NCBI RefSeq assembly: GCF_004010195.1
Contig: NC_057722.1
Location: 45,341,557 to 45,405,556, forward strand
DNA length: 64,000 nucleotides
Direction of reading: 5' to 3'
Source of the DNA: Chiloscyllium plagiosum
Lineage: Eukaryota
In this document: one piece after another, positions 37,306 through 50,681 of the stretch
How positions within the stretch are numbered: position 1 is the first letter of the stretch
Layout of the letters: every line of letters begins with the position of its first letter
Notes under the pieces: generated by a model
Seen by the model: the letters and a program-made list of their open reading frames with translations, nothing else
Databases searched by the model: none
Told to the model about the DNA's origin: nothing
Program-made: the position numbers and the translations under genes

Positions 37306-38889
37306 CATCCCTTCCATCAAGCTAAAGATTTCACACTTTTCATATCTCATTCTGCTGAAGTGTTTCGCACATGAAGCGTGAACTTGTCTTTTCTCTTTAC
37401 AGATACCGATTCACCTATTTGATTTATAAGTTATTCTTTTCTTCCTTTTAATACTTTGAATAGTAACCAGGAGTGAGTGAACATATGTGTTTCAGTTACT
37501 GCTGTGCAGTTGGATTTACTGTTGTAACAAAGACCAAAATAGATATGTACGTCACTGTATGGAATTGAGAACATTTCAGGGTGGGACAATGATAGAAAGC
37601 TGAAATATAAAAGAAAGTCATGAAACAACAGATGAAAGCCACAAACAAGACCCGGTAAAAATGTTCTGATGTGCATAAGGATACAGAATGCGAAGAGGGG
37701 CCGAGTTATGGATGGAATTTTCCAGGCCCACCAGGAGCTTTTAGAAAGGAGGGAAACTTAGTTGGGAAGGAGACAAAAATTATTTCCTAACTGTGTGTTA
37801 ACATATTGCTATTAATCTCTAATAACCTGTGTGGCAGGTTCACTTTCCCGACCCTGATAGACTCAAGAGTCCCTCACATTTCCAACAGGTCTCCATCATC
37901 CTGCTGTAATTGGCTTTCTATTGCTATGTGCTCACTTGCCAGAACCACAATATCAGACAGAACTTGGTCAGATTTCTCTGGCCGTACTCCAATTTGTATA
38001 TGATCTCTGGCACCTTAGTCAGATGTATAATTGCTTGCCTGTCCAATTAAGTCACCTTAGTAATGACCAAATCCAGAATGTCATCGTCACTACTGAGCTC
38101 AGCAGGCATCTGTTCTCTGCAGACCCTCGGCTGTCTCCTCATTCTGTAGCTATCGGCCATGTCAGTGTTGTACACACTAGAATATGAGCCCGAACATAAT
38201 CTAGATAGATTTCCTACTGAGGTGAATGCCTCTGCACTCATCGAGGGTGGGGACAAAGGCCTCAATGGACTGCTCCCTACCCCCACCACCTGAGGCTTAT
38301 GACTGTTCCTTCTCAGAGATGTGTTTGGAAGGTCGGCGTAAAGCCTGGGAACTGGGGCTCTTCTTGTTGTTGGGGCTTGGATGTTGGATTCAAAGGCTGC
38401 AAAAAACACATGAAGATGTTTTTGTGTTGTGAGCTGCCACCCTTACCCAAGGTTACATTGAGATGTTGGTGTTTGATGTGCAGTTGATAGTAACAGATTT
38501 GAGACTTTCTTACCAGATGCTGTAGATATCCAATCAGCCCTTTATCATAGGTATGGTCTCCTTTCTCTTGTGCCAACTTAGTGACCTTCTCCTGGTGTCA
38601 GGAGCCCTATGTCTGGCATTAATACAACCACCACCCCAGCCCTAATACCATTCTGGGAACATTGATTTATTGAGCATGTCCTTCCCCTGTGGAAGGAGAG
38701 AAGCATGAAGAAACATTAACATGGATAAATGAGCAGTATGCCAGCATTGGTAGTTGGAGATAGAGGTGTGTATGGATATCTTTGAACTAATTCTTTTGCT
38801 TATTTAACAAAGTATCCAACCCTGAAGGAGAGCTCTTGTGGTGCAGTGGTAATACCCCTACCTCTGAGCCAGAAGGCCTGAATTCCATG

Positions 38890-40190
38890 CCACGTCTGTA
38901 GCAATAGTGTCTGCCTCAGACAAGATTACCAAAACAGGCAAAACGTGTATCATCCAGGCAGAAGGGTAAAGTCACCTCAAGACAGGTCTTTGCAAATCTA
39001 TCAGCCCAAGGATGCTCAATTACATCACTGCTCTCAAAGTAGCCCCAGTTAAGATGAAACTTTAGGTAAATAGTCACCCCCTAGATATGGAGGTAGACAC
39101 AGGTCTATTGTTGGGGGGCAAACCTTTAGGAAACTCCAATAGGCTAACTTGGCTTTAAACCTGTGAGACACCAAGACTAGATTGGCAATGGAGGAGAAAG
39201 TGAGGTCTGCAGATGCTGGAGATCAAAGTTGAAACTTTATTGCTGGAAAAGCACAGCAGGTCAGGCCTTTAAATATTATTTGGACTACTGTAACCCTGGT
39301 TACGCAGGGACAACAGACAGTCTGATTCCCATTAATGGTGGTGAAAGAGCCAGGTCCCAACCTTTTGGAAAGGGACTGGCTCCAGAAAATATACCTGGAT
39401 TGGTAACAAACCTTTAAAATGGATACCATGATCGATATGAAGTCATTGGGAAGTACCTTAAAGTGTTTCAAAAGGGCTGCTGGAAGACACATTGTGCCAG
39501 GGCCAGGATTTATATCAACCCAGAGGTCTGATCTGAAAACTTCAAGTCATGGCCAGTCCCAATGCCCTATGTGCCTCACTGGAATGTCTGGAGGAGCTTG
39601 GCATCATACGCCCAACACAATTTGCTGAATGGGCAATGGCAGTGCTCCCAGTTGTAAAACCTGACAACTTGGTCCATTTCTGTGGCCGGTTTATGAGTTG
39701 ACAGGCATCAGAGTTTCCCACTTAGACAGGTATACATGAAAGACTTGTATGAAAAGCTGGCTGGGAGTCACATTTCCAAAATTGAATATAAGCCACACCT
39801 ACCTTTCACTGGACCTTAAGGTGTTATCCAGGAAGTATTTACTATAAATACTTACTAAGGACTGACTCACTTGCCCTTTGGGTTTCATCAACTTGCACCA
39901 TCTTTCAAAGGTCAATGGAGAACATCCTCCCAGAGTGGCAGTCTAGCTGGATGACATTTTAATCTCAGGAGCTACTTCAAAGGAACATTTGGAGAGATTG
40001 GAGGAGATCTTATGGCATTTTTCTGAGGCCATCTGGCTATAAAGGGAAAAATGTGTATTCCAGATAAATGAGATAATGTACCTTGGGTACAGAGTCAACA
40101 AGAACAGATTATACACTGTCAGAGAGAAGGTGGATGCCATAAAAAGGGACTCCAACTGCAAGGAACATATAGAAATTGAAGATTTTAAAA
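38890..40190 (+). mobile_element. Gypsy (Ty3) LTR retrotransposon pol relic
   Basis: Protease HPLDMEVDTG (~39075-39104), PNLL..DWL; RT EWAMAVLPVVKPD, LPFG, VAV*LDDILISG (~39935-39970), KREKCVF, YLGYRV, EKVDAIK. Many stops and frameshifts. A PPT-like gaggtggggga at ~40554 may precede a decayed 3' LTR. Confidence 0.85.
39191..39267 (-). mobile_element. PLE pseudo-LTR fragment nested in the Gypsy relic
   Basis: gaggagaaagtgaggtctgcagatgctggagatc...gctggaaaagcacagcaggtcaggc. Confidence 0.8.
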
Positions 40191-42102
40191 ATTACTAGGG
40201 GGAGATTTAGTCCCCAAAAGGAACTTCAGTGACGGCTCCCCAAGGTATCTGCGATTTTTTCTTAAAAGAAGAGGGACCAGTACAACACTGTACATGGTAC
40301 ATATTTTGTAGATGGGCAAAACCAGGGTGGTATCATAATATACGTCAACCACCTCTGGTGGGACCCTCCACAGAGGCCATTAATTCAATGCTACACAATC
40401 AAAGACAAACCCCCTGCAGTTTCTCTTTGATGGTCTTCCTGGAAGAGACATTCATCCACTTGACCAGTCCCAGAAAGCAATAGGAATGGGGCAATGGATA
40501 AAGTGACACAGGAGGCCCCATCATCACAGAGCAAAAAAGATCCCGCAGACTCAGAGGTGGGGGATTTGGTAACACCTACAGGAACCCTGGTGAATCACTA
40601 AGTAATCTCTCTGTGGAGCTTATTGAGTATGAGGTAACAGGCAATGATCTGCCCAGCCAGAACCCATCACCTGAACCCTTCACAAAACAGACCCAGGTCT
40701 CATCCCATTCTCCCTAATTTGCCCTCACTTTTGATAGTTTGCATTGCTTATAACAGGCTTTGATTGTAAATATCCAACTGGCGACACAGGTGATTTACTG
40801 GTGATTCCCAGTAGTCTTCAAAAAGCTTACACTGCATTATTTCAAGACATCAATGTAAGTCATAAAAATAAACATTCCAGATCTAGCTTGCATGTAGCTA
40901 GGTGGTTAGTAGTTAAAAATATACAAAAATAAAGTCACGGTGATTTGGGGTAGGAAAGCCATTCGGTTTGTGTGATAGTACTTCTTGATATAGATATGCA
41001 GAACTATACATCCTGGGCTGGGACAAGCCTGAGTATGCCGCGAGCAGAGGCTCTATCTTGGGGTTCAACAATAAATGATGCTCCAATGCAGTCGGGCTTC
41101 TTGAGTCCTTCCCTCTTATATAGCCTTCACGAGAACCTCTCAGGAGGCATTGCTAAAGTGTGGACCCTACTTTCTGCTTGATATCTGGCATTTCTAGGGT
41201 CATTGTGACTGATGAACAAGGGTTGAGTGATGCTCCTGAGTTGCAAACATTGTAATGCTGTCTGTGTTCCTTTCAAGTTAAGTCCATGGAAGCAGAAACC
41301 CTGATAGTTCTTCTATTGTAGGAGAAGGGTGGGGCAGATCCTCCCGTCTGTCTGTACATAACATTTGATGTTTTATCAGTGCATGCATGTGTAATGAACC
41401 AAGAAAACCTGACCGACTGTCAAGTACCTCTGCTATTAGTTTAACGTCCATGTTTAGTCTCAAAAAGACGAGATTCAGCCCAACCTTTCAGTCAACTGCG
41501 AACAGTTAACACCACCATTAGAAAGGGCAAGACATGCACATCAATGAAAGGTCTCTAAAAATACTTCAGAAATTGAATAGTTCTCAAAACAGTGCCATTA
41601 TTTAATGAAGCAAATCATTGCAATCCAGTGTAATTCGTTGGTAAGATCACAATGTCAATGTTGCATGCAATTTACAACATCCATGGATGGAAATCCCTGC
41701 AGCAGCCTCTGGAAAGTAGTCTTGGAATTCTTCCAGATAGGAAGTGGGCTGATAGTATGTTAATGAGACCCTGGAATTTAAATTTCCACTGCAATTAATG
41801 TGCTTCCAACTCACTACCCCAAACTTGGCCATCAAAAACATCCAAACTTAAAATCAGGGCCAGGCTTTACACTTAAAATATTAACTCATCTTTTCTCCTT
41901 ACAAATGTTGACCTGTATTTCCCATTATGAATTTAATCATAAGTGCTATATGCAATGAATATTCTGTATAGAAGTACAGAATCTGCATCACAGTATTGCT
42001 GCTGAGCTTAAAATGGGCCATTTTGGTGATACCTCTTGCCAAATCAATACTTCAACATTAAACATTCCCCGCAAGTAGTTGCCAGCTCCTACATAGGCAA
42101 TC

Positions 42103-42197
42103 TCAAACAAAAACAGAAATTGCTGGAAAAACTCAGCAGGTCTGGCAGCGTTTGTGGAGAGAAAGCAGCGTCAACATTTTGGGTCCAGTCACCCTTA
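42103..42197 (-). mobile_element. PLE-like pseudo-LTR fragment (third subfamily; similar piece at 56330-56440)
   Basis: acagaaattgctggaaaaactcagcaggtctggcagc resembles the other pLTR ends. Confidence 0.6.
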
Positions 42198-43704
42198 TTT
42201 TATTATTATTTAGGTAATCATAGTCCTTTAATGAAAATGCAAAGTAAAATCAATTTCCTTATCAGCAAACTTTGCAAATCCATCCTTGCTACATGCAAGT
42301 TAGATCTGAGATATTTATTTTTATGACTTATGTTGATGTCATGAAATAATGCAGTGTAATCTTATAGAGGAATTACCAGCCCATATCAATGGATCACCAG
42401 TTACACTATGACTTCCATGCCCAATTAGTACCCAAGTGCTGTTGGAATTTGAATGATCACCCCAGCACACTGAATTCCAAAAGAAAACTAAAGGACTCTG
42501 AAAGACTCCCTTGTGTAGACCTATCAAGCACCAAGTGAAACCTTTTTGAATGGCTTGGCAGCTAACACCTTCTTGACATCATTTGTTTACAGAGACCCAT
42601 ATTGAAACTGAAGAAGCAGGTCACTATTACGTCAAAGATTTTGACCTACTATGCCACACCCTCATGCAAAACATAATTGTGCCACCTACATCTGATCTGA
42701 TGTTGCTTCTGCTCATTGTGTATCAGCAACTGTATTCTGTGACACAGTTCGGTTCAGCAGTTTCCATATTCCAAACATGTAGTAATCTCCAAGTGTCAGC
42801 TGGGAACAGGAAGATTTGTTAATAATGTCCCAGCCAGCCACCAACAAGGGACACTTCTCCACTCATCACACTAATTAGGGTCACTCAGTACCAAACAGAG
42901 ATGTTGAACAAGTCCTAGATTGGGCCTGAAGGACTATTTGCACTCAAACTCATGTCCCCAAGCAATGGCGAATTACCATTCAGCCAATGGGGTTGTCCAC
43001 CCTTACTCAATACAATTCTTAGTCCGAGATGACTTCTCATATCATCAACACAGGTCATTATTCATTCACATTGCTCCTTGTCTTCCTGTTATCAACAGTC
43101 CAGGAAGATGTGATAGCACTTCCTTAAAGCAGATTGGTGAAAATGCAGAATGACCATAGACAGTATTATTATAATTATACTATTCAAAATATACCTGTGG
43201 AAGAAGTTATAAGTGCTTTTGTTGTGCCATCCACACAGTTGTCACTCTATGGTTACCAACCCACTTCCATCCCATTCCTTCATATAGAGAGTGTAATACT
43301 CTTCAAGGAAAGGAACTATCATCTTTACCTGTGACTCCAGACCCACCGCAGTGTGATTGACCCTTAACATCTGGTAATAAATGCTGGCCTGGTCAGTGAT
43401 GCACTTGTCCCATGAATGAACAACTAAAAAGAAGTCCACCTTGCTATTACTTGTAACCAGAGCAAACAATAAAGAGCTTGCATTCAAAACTCTCTCATTT
43501 TTCTCAATTTAAAACAGCATAGCAGATTTTTAACTTTCAAAACAACCCCACCCCCCACCCCCACAGCTCCTGTTGGTGAGTAAATTGAAATACACGTTCA
43601 TTGTGACAACCCTTAAAACTGCAAAGCAAATGCAAATCCTTTTTGTCAACAAAACCCAATAATACTATAAAATCAAATTCACATTCATTGGTTCAAATGA
43701 TCAA

Positions 43705-44204
43705 NNNNNNNNNNNNNNNNNNNNNNNNNNNNNNNNNNNNNNNNNNNNNNNNNNNNNNNNNNNNNNNNNNNNNNNNNNNNNNNNNNNNNNNNNNNNNNNN
43801 NNNNNNNNNNNNNNNNNNNNNNNNNNNNNNNNNNNNNNNNNNNNNNNNNNNNNNNNNNNNNNNNNNNNNNNNNNNNNNNNNNNNNNNNNNNNNNNNNNNN
43901 NNNNNNNNNNNNNNNNNNNNNNNNNNNNNNNNNNNNNNNNNNNNNNNNNNNNNNNNNNNNNNNNNNNNNNNNNNNNNNNNNNNNNNNNNNNNNNNNNNNN
44001 NNNNNNNNNNNNNNNNNNNNNNNNNNNNNNNNNNNNNNNNNNNNNNNNNNNNNNNNNNNNNNNNNNNNNNNNNNNNNNNNNNNNNNNNNNNNNNNNNNNN
44101 NNNNNNNNNNNNNNNNNNNNNNNNNNNNNNNNNNNNNNNNNNNNNNNNNNNNNNNNNNNNNNNNNNNNNNNNNNNNNNNNNNNNNNNNNNNNNNNNNNNN
44201 NNNN
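43705..44204. other. Assembly gap
   Basis: 500 N, followed by a CR1-type 3' tail (44205-44335). Confidence 1.
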
Positions 44205-44519
44205 AGTAGGTGGAATAGCCATGGAAATGCAAGGTTACAGGGATGGGGTGAGTCTAGGTAGAATGCCCTTTGGACAGGCGGTGTGGACTCGATGAATTGA
44301 ATAGCCTGTTTCCATGGTGTGAGGATTCTATGATTAATTGTATTTATTTAAGTTTATTCTAATAAACTGGGACTTGTTATTATTCGGTTTCTATTGTGGC
44401 AGCCATGTCAGATAGGTTGTCTTAGAGTATAATTTTCATGATATCTGGCAGGGGAAATGGATGGATGCAATGGGAAGGAAACGGGAACTGAGGAAATTAG
44501 TGTCACCCTTCCCATTATT

Positions 44520-44830
44520 TACTTGAAGGAAAAGTTTGCCTATCCGCTATCAAATGTCAGACAAGCAGTCTGTTAATTTCTGGACATTGATGGAGTGGAA
44601 AGAAGTAGTGGTGAGTTGGAGCTGAGGTGAACCAGCATACATGTAGAAACTTTTGCCATGTTTTTCAATGATGTATCTGAGGGCAGCCTGTAGGTAAGGA
44701 ATGGAAGGGATTCAAAGATAAATCCACCTGATGAAGGAACGAAAAGCTAGTGCTTCCAATTAAACCTGTTGGAGTTTAACTTAACAAAGATAAATCCAGA
44801 ATAACACAAGAGATAAAGGACAGGTGCAAG
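44520..44830 (-). mobile_element. L2-type LINE RT relic
   Basis: Reverse complement ttctacatgtatgctggttcacctcagctc resembles a decayed FHMYADDTQL. Confidence 0.45.
44727..44784 (+). mobile_element. 58-bp PLE insertion consisting mainly of a hammerhead remnant
   Basis: cCTGATGAaggaacGAAAagctagtgcttccaattaaacctgttgga (stem II deleted). Perfect 14-bp TSD caaagataaatcca (44713-44726, 44785-44798). Confidence 0.85.
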
Positions 44831-44897
44831 AGGAGGAGGAATAGATAAGAATTAAACACCTGTATTCTATTGGAATATTTTACTGTTCAATATAAAT

Positions 44898-45230
44898 TTA
44901 GATTAGATTAGATTAGATTAGATTACTTATAGTGTGGAAACAGGCCCTTCGGCCCAACAAGTCCACACCGACCCGCCGAAGCGCACCCACCCAGACCCAT
45001 TCCCCTTCATTTACCCCTGCACCTAACACTACAGGCAATTTAGCATGGCCAATTCACCTAACCTGCACATTTTTGGACTGTGGGAGGAAACCGGAGCACC
45101 CGGAGGAAACCCACGCAGACACGGGGAGAATGTGCAAACTCCACACAGTCGGTCGCCTGAGGCGGGAATTGAACCCGGGTCTCTGGCGCTGTGAGACAGC
45201 AGTGCTAACCACTGCGCCACCGTGCCACCC
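44898..45230 (-). mobile_element. HE1-type V-SINE, full length
   Basis: A box TGGCGCAGTGG, B box GGTTCAATTCC, V domain, (TAGAT)n on +. CpGs are retained. Confidence 0.92.
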
Positions 45231-47197
45231 ATTTAGCATGGCCATGATTTTTCCGATCCCCATTTGGTAGAAACTGTCGGGCCATGCTGTGGGTGTATGT
45301 GTGCACTTTATCTGTTAAAATAAAGTGAACCAACTTTGATTCCACTGCCTTCCTATTATGTTCCAAAACTGACCTCCTTTCTGAATGTCATCAGGAGCCT
45401 GTCTGCAATTTCATTCTGAAGCCTGAGGAGGTTAAGAGGCAGTTACACATCATGTAAACCTGGCCTGCACCCCCAATCCCTGCCCTGCACTTTCTCTCCT
45501 CCCTGTCCGATAGCAAGGCAAAAATGCATCAAAGTAATTCCAAAGAAAAGTCATTGGAAAGTTTTGAATTAACCTCACAGCAATGATTTGTACAACAAAG
45601 CCAAAAGTGTGACATAACTCTCAGATTGAGCCCCCTTTCCTGGAAGCCTGTGCTCCGCCCTGGTATTGACCTGGCATTTCGAGTCATGGAAAAACCAGCA
45701 CCAGATACACAAATTTTGTCTGAATGACACCCAGAGGATGGATCAGTTCTTCCTGTGCAGGATATTCATTATACAGCAACACTGTTTACAAGTTGGTCTC
45801 ATGTTGACCTCAGATCAGCTGAGAGTATAAAACAAAATCTGCCTGCTTGCATGCAGAATGATGACATCTGTCAAACATTAGAAGTCTGACTGAGAACAGG
45901 GAGCTGAAGGTTGAGGGAACCTGGAGCATGCTGGGAGGCTGGGAGTGGGGTAGGTCGGTTAGGGAAGTAGTGGGATTGCCTGCGACACTCTGTCGCTCTG
46001 GCATTTTGCCAGCATCAGGCAATGTGGCAGGCAGCCCATCACCCGGAGGTCAATCAAAGCTCTTGTGACCCATTAAATGCCTCCTTAAAGGTATTTTTCC
46101 ACTAACATCATTGGTATTTCACCAGGTGTGTTCTTGTGGACATTTTTCTGGGCTCATGGGATGGGCTTTCTTGAATGGGCATGTAGCTGTAGCTCATGCT
46201 GGGTTCCCCCACAATGGGAAGAGACATCCTTGTGGAAACACTCTTCTCAACAAGCATCTCCCCATTCCACTCCCCTTCACTGACCCCACCCCTTCAGGGT
46301 GCACTTAGTTGGCTTCTGGGGCCTTCGCCATTGTTGCTTCCTTCAACTGGCCAGCAGCTCTTAAAAGTATGACCTCAACCCCGAAAAGGAATGGTAGCCT
46401 TGATGGCAGGCAGTTACTTGCCTACTGCAGGTAAAATTGTGTTGGGTTGGACCTGACTGCCTGCCCCTTACCTATGGTCATATCTATTTCTGGCAGTCCA
46501 TGGAGAGGGAGTATGTAGTATGCTTAGGGCATGCGGTGACTGACTGGCACCACGGGGGTCTAAAGTGCATTATTACCCCAGGGAATGGTAGTTTCATTTA
46601 AATCTGTAACATTTCTGTTGGGGTTTTGATTTGTGTTCCCTATCTCTTTCAGGAGCTGTCACAGTTTATTCACTGGTTAACCGAATTAATTTGATTTCAT
46701 GGACCTCCCATAAACAGCCAAGATGAAGGTACCTTCAAATTTCCAGCTAGTGGATCAGGAGGGCTCATGCCGTGAAACCCCTCCCCTGCTTGTAATGTGT
46801 ATTTTGCATCAGTCTATTGCAGTAATTTCCAATCATGTTAAAGTCAGCACAGAGTATCTGCATCACCTAATGTACAATGACTAATGCGGAAACATTAGCA
46901 TGTTGACAAACATGCTAGGCATCTAAATACAGTCACCAACGTTGGTTGCTTCTAAATTTGTATGAACTATAAGGGACAGGAAATTACAGGGGCGGAGCTG
47001 TCAGTTCACACTCCCCCACCCCAAGAAAAAATAGTTGGCAGTGAGCCAACAGACACAAACCAAGACTGTTCTGCAGCCAGAAAGTGGTGTAGGTGGGTTA
47101 GGTTATTGCATCCTGGGACTTCATCCTCTCTGTGGCAGGATTATTTGGATAGAAATTGAATTCAGGGATATGGAGATCAGGCAGGAGATTGGCTCCA

Positions 47198-48370
47198 AGA
47201 GTCAAAGAGTCATAGAGATGTACAGCATGGAAACAGACCATTCAGTCCAACCCGTCCATGCCGATCAGATATCCCAACCCAATCTCGTCCACCTGCCAGC
47301 ACCCAGCCCATATCCCTCCAAATCCTTCCTATTCATATACCCATCCTAATGCCACTTAAATGTTGCAATTGTACCAGCCTCCACCACTTCCTCCGGCAGC
47401 TCATTCCATACACACACCATCCTCTGCGTGAAAAAATTGCCCCTTAGGTCCCTTTTATATTTTTCCCCTCTCACACTAAACCTATTCTCTCCCTGGTTGT
47501 CCTTTTGTCCTTAATGTATCTGTAAAAGCCCTTTGATTCTCCTTAACTCTATTTGCCAAAGCTATTTCATGTCCCCTTTTTGCCCTCCTGATTTCCCTCT
47601 TAAGTGTACTCCTACTTCATTTATACTCTTCTAAGAATTCACTTGATCTGTCCTGTCTATACCTTACATATGCTTCCTTCTTTTTCTTAACCAAACCCTC
47701 AAGTTCTTTAGCTGAAAATGTGTTGCTGGAAAAGCGCAACAGGTCAGGCAGCATCCAAGAACAGGAGAATCGACGTTTCGGGCATAAGCGCTTCTTAAGG
47801 AATCAATTTCTTTAGTCATCCAGCATTCCCTATACCTACCAGCCTTCCCTTTCACCCTAACAGGGATATATTTTCTCTGAATTCTCGTTATCTCATTTCT
47901 GAAGGCTTCCCATTTTCCAGCCGTCTCTTTACCTGCGAACATCTGCCCCCAATCAGCTTTTGAAAGTTCTTGCCTAATACTGTCAAAATTGGCCCTTCTG
48001 CAATTTAGAACTTCAATTTTTAGATCTGGTCTATCCTTTCCCATCACTATTTAAAATCTAATAGAATTATGGTCGCTGGCCCCAAAGTACTCCTCTACTG
48101 ACACCTCAGTCACCTGTTCTGCCTTATTTCCCAAGAGTAGGTCAGGTTTTGCACCTTCTCTAGTAGGTATATCCACAAACTGAATCAGAAAATTTTCTTG
48201 TACAGAGTTAACAAATTCCTCTCCATCTAAACCTTTAACACTATGGCCGTCCCAGTCTATGTTCGGAAAGTTAAAATCCCCTATCATAACCACCCTATTA
48301 TTCTTACAGATAACTGAGATCTCCTTACAAGTTTGTTTCTCAACTTCCCTCTGACTATTAGGAGGTCTAG
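47198..48370 (-). mobile_element. CR1 LINE with large internal deletion (3' tail fused to endonuclease region)
   Basis: Tail 47198-47490 joins sequence with VVMIGDFNFPNIDW, PTREGAKPDLLLGN, ASDHNSIRF. The RT is absent. Confidence 0.88.
47712..47802 (-). mobile_element. 91-bp PLE pseudo-LTR insertion in CR1
   Basis: ctgaaaatgtgttgctgg...gacgtttcgggcataagcgcttcttaaggaa, with TSD tcaagttctttag / tcaatttctttag (47699-47711, 47803-47815). Confidence 0.85.
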
Positions 48371-48465
48371 GAACAGAACCAGTGCAAAAATGATGGACCA
48401 AATGGCGTCCTTTTGCATTGCAACAATCCTCTGATTCTGTGAAGAAGGAAGATGGTTTCAATCTT

Positions 48466-48771
48466 CTGTGGTTAGCACTGCTGCCTCACTGTGCCAGGGA
48501 CCCGGGTTCGATTCCAGCCTTGGACGACTGTATGTGTGGAGTTTGCACATAGTCCCTATGTCTGCGTTGGTTTCTTCCGGGTGCTCCAGTTTCCTCCCAC
48601 AATCCAAAAGATGTGCAGTTTAGATGAATTGACCATGCTAAATTGCCAAGTCAGGGGTAAATGTAGGGTAGGGGAATGGGTCAGGGCGGGTTACTCTTCA
48701 GAGGGTTGGTGTGGACTTGTTGGGCCGAAGGGTTTGTTTCCATACTGTAGGGAATATAATCTAATCTAATC
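48466..48771 (+). mobile_element. HE1-type V-SINE, slightly 5'-truncated
   Basis: gtggttagcactgctgcctcac, B box gggttcgattcc, V domain and (AATCT)n tail. Confidence 0.88.
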
Positions 48772-50681
48772 AATGCATCCAATGGACAAAGGGCATGCTC
48801 CAAGGATATTACTCCTGCCCTCCTGCCATATTAGACCCCCTTATCCACTGGCAGGATAATTATTTATTTATATGAGGTAGGCTGGCCACTCACTTCATTG
48901 TCCAGTCGCTCTCCCTACCATGTGCGTGAACTTGGCAGTGGGTGACAAAGTGATGGGCTGGGCATCTTCGATATTCTGTATATCTCACACACTAAAAACA
49001 TACCCAGCAGGGGCATGTAGTATCCAGCCCAAAGGCAATACAGTGACTTCCAAATTTACAGGTATATTCAAACAAGGCAGATTCCTATTATTTCTGAGAG
49101 CAGTAGCTTATTTAGATCACTGTGAATTAAGTGGTTTTGCTCTGTATGTCAACATTAATTCTTATTTTTGATATAGAAACATCAGCACTCCAACAAGTTC
49201 CCAAGAGGCAGATCTGCACCATTGACACAGCCAGTACTAATTTGAGTCAACTGTATTTTTGTTACAAAACCACTCATCATTGCTGTATAAATAGGAAATA
49301 ATTTAAGAACATGTAAAAGACAAAGATTTAAGTGCAAGCTACTTCAATTAATTCAGCCTTGAAGATAACATGTTCTGGCACTTATTCTGTCTAGGAGGAA
49401 CTACAGGATTATAATTTTACTTCTGAAGACATTTTTATCTCTTAGTATTCTCTAAGGACAGGTCAGGATTCAAGAAATGGAACAAGTTCTTAGTGGTCTT
49501 ATAACAGTGGTCTTATGAGTCAAGGCATGAGATTATATTGTGAAAAATTGTCTTGTGTTCAGTTTAAATTGTTAAACTGAGGTTTGAATGGTAATGTGCC
49601 ATGAGACTCATAAATTCTTGGATTATAGTGAGCTATTGATGCCTATCTTCAATATATTTCAATCTCTCTTCAATTACAATTTGAGTAGTGCAATTCTCCA
49701 CAGATTTCATGAGGTCAAGGAGGGGAGGGAAAAGTCGGATAATAACTTGTTGTGAGTAGAAAAGAAGAACAGCCAGAAAAATTATTGCTTTGAGGTCAGT
49801 GTCAGAGGAAAATAAAGTCTTGGAGTTAGATTTTCTTCCAGGCAGGTTTCTTTTAGAAGTAAGTTACTGGGGGTTGGGGGCTGCTCCTTGCTTTATTTGC
49901 AACCTCTATTGGTAACCTTGGGGTGGTTGGTGGGAGAATGGGAGAAAGGAGACCCAGTAATGTTTCCATGACTTTGTGGTTGTAGCATTTAAGACACTGA
50001 CAATTTTCTGGAAAAATATACTGGAATACTGATAAACATGGAGCTATATTTGAAAGTACTGTCACAGCTTATCTGACTTGGAATAAGACGTTTTATTGCC
50101 CCAAATTAGAGAAAGAGGACAGGAATACAGCAAAGGAGGTCAATCAAAGGCATGGTGCAGATGCAATGCGTATATGCAGCTTTTTTACTCGACATTCACA
50201 TCACCAACCTACAACACATGGGCTGCAGCAGTTGAAGAAGGCACCACCTTCCCAAGGGCAAGTGGGGCATGAGCAACACCATCATCCCATGAATGAATAA
50301 TAAAAACATGGCAACTCTGGGTGCAAGTATTCTATCTTACAACCAATTCACTGTTGAATACCACCTAACACTTACCAAAAATAGCCAGGATGTTCCACAA
50401 AATCCTTCGCACATCCTTCTATTTGCTGCAATGGTATTTGGCTTAATCCTCAAATGAAGGAAAACAGTGGAAGCCTTACTTGATGACCTGGATTCCCTTT
50501 CCCCTTAGATCCATGTTGTGGTGGGTGCTCCTATTTGCCAGTAATGTGAAATCACCTCTATCACTCTGTAATTTTGTCCCAGGATTTTTCATAGCCATGA
50601 AGGAAAGGTTAGAATATCATTCTGCATTAGATGTCTGCTGATAAGGGCAATACAGTTCTGATATGGCATATAATGGTTCCA

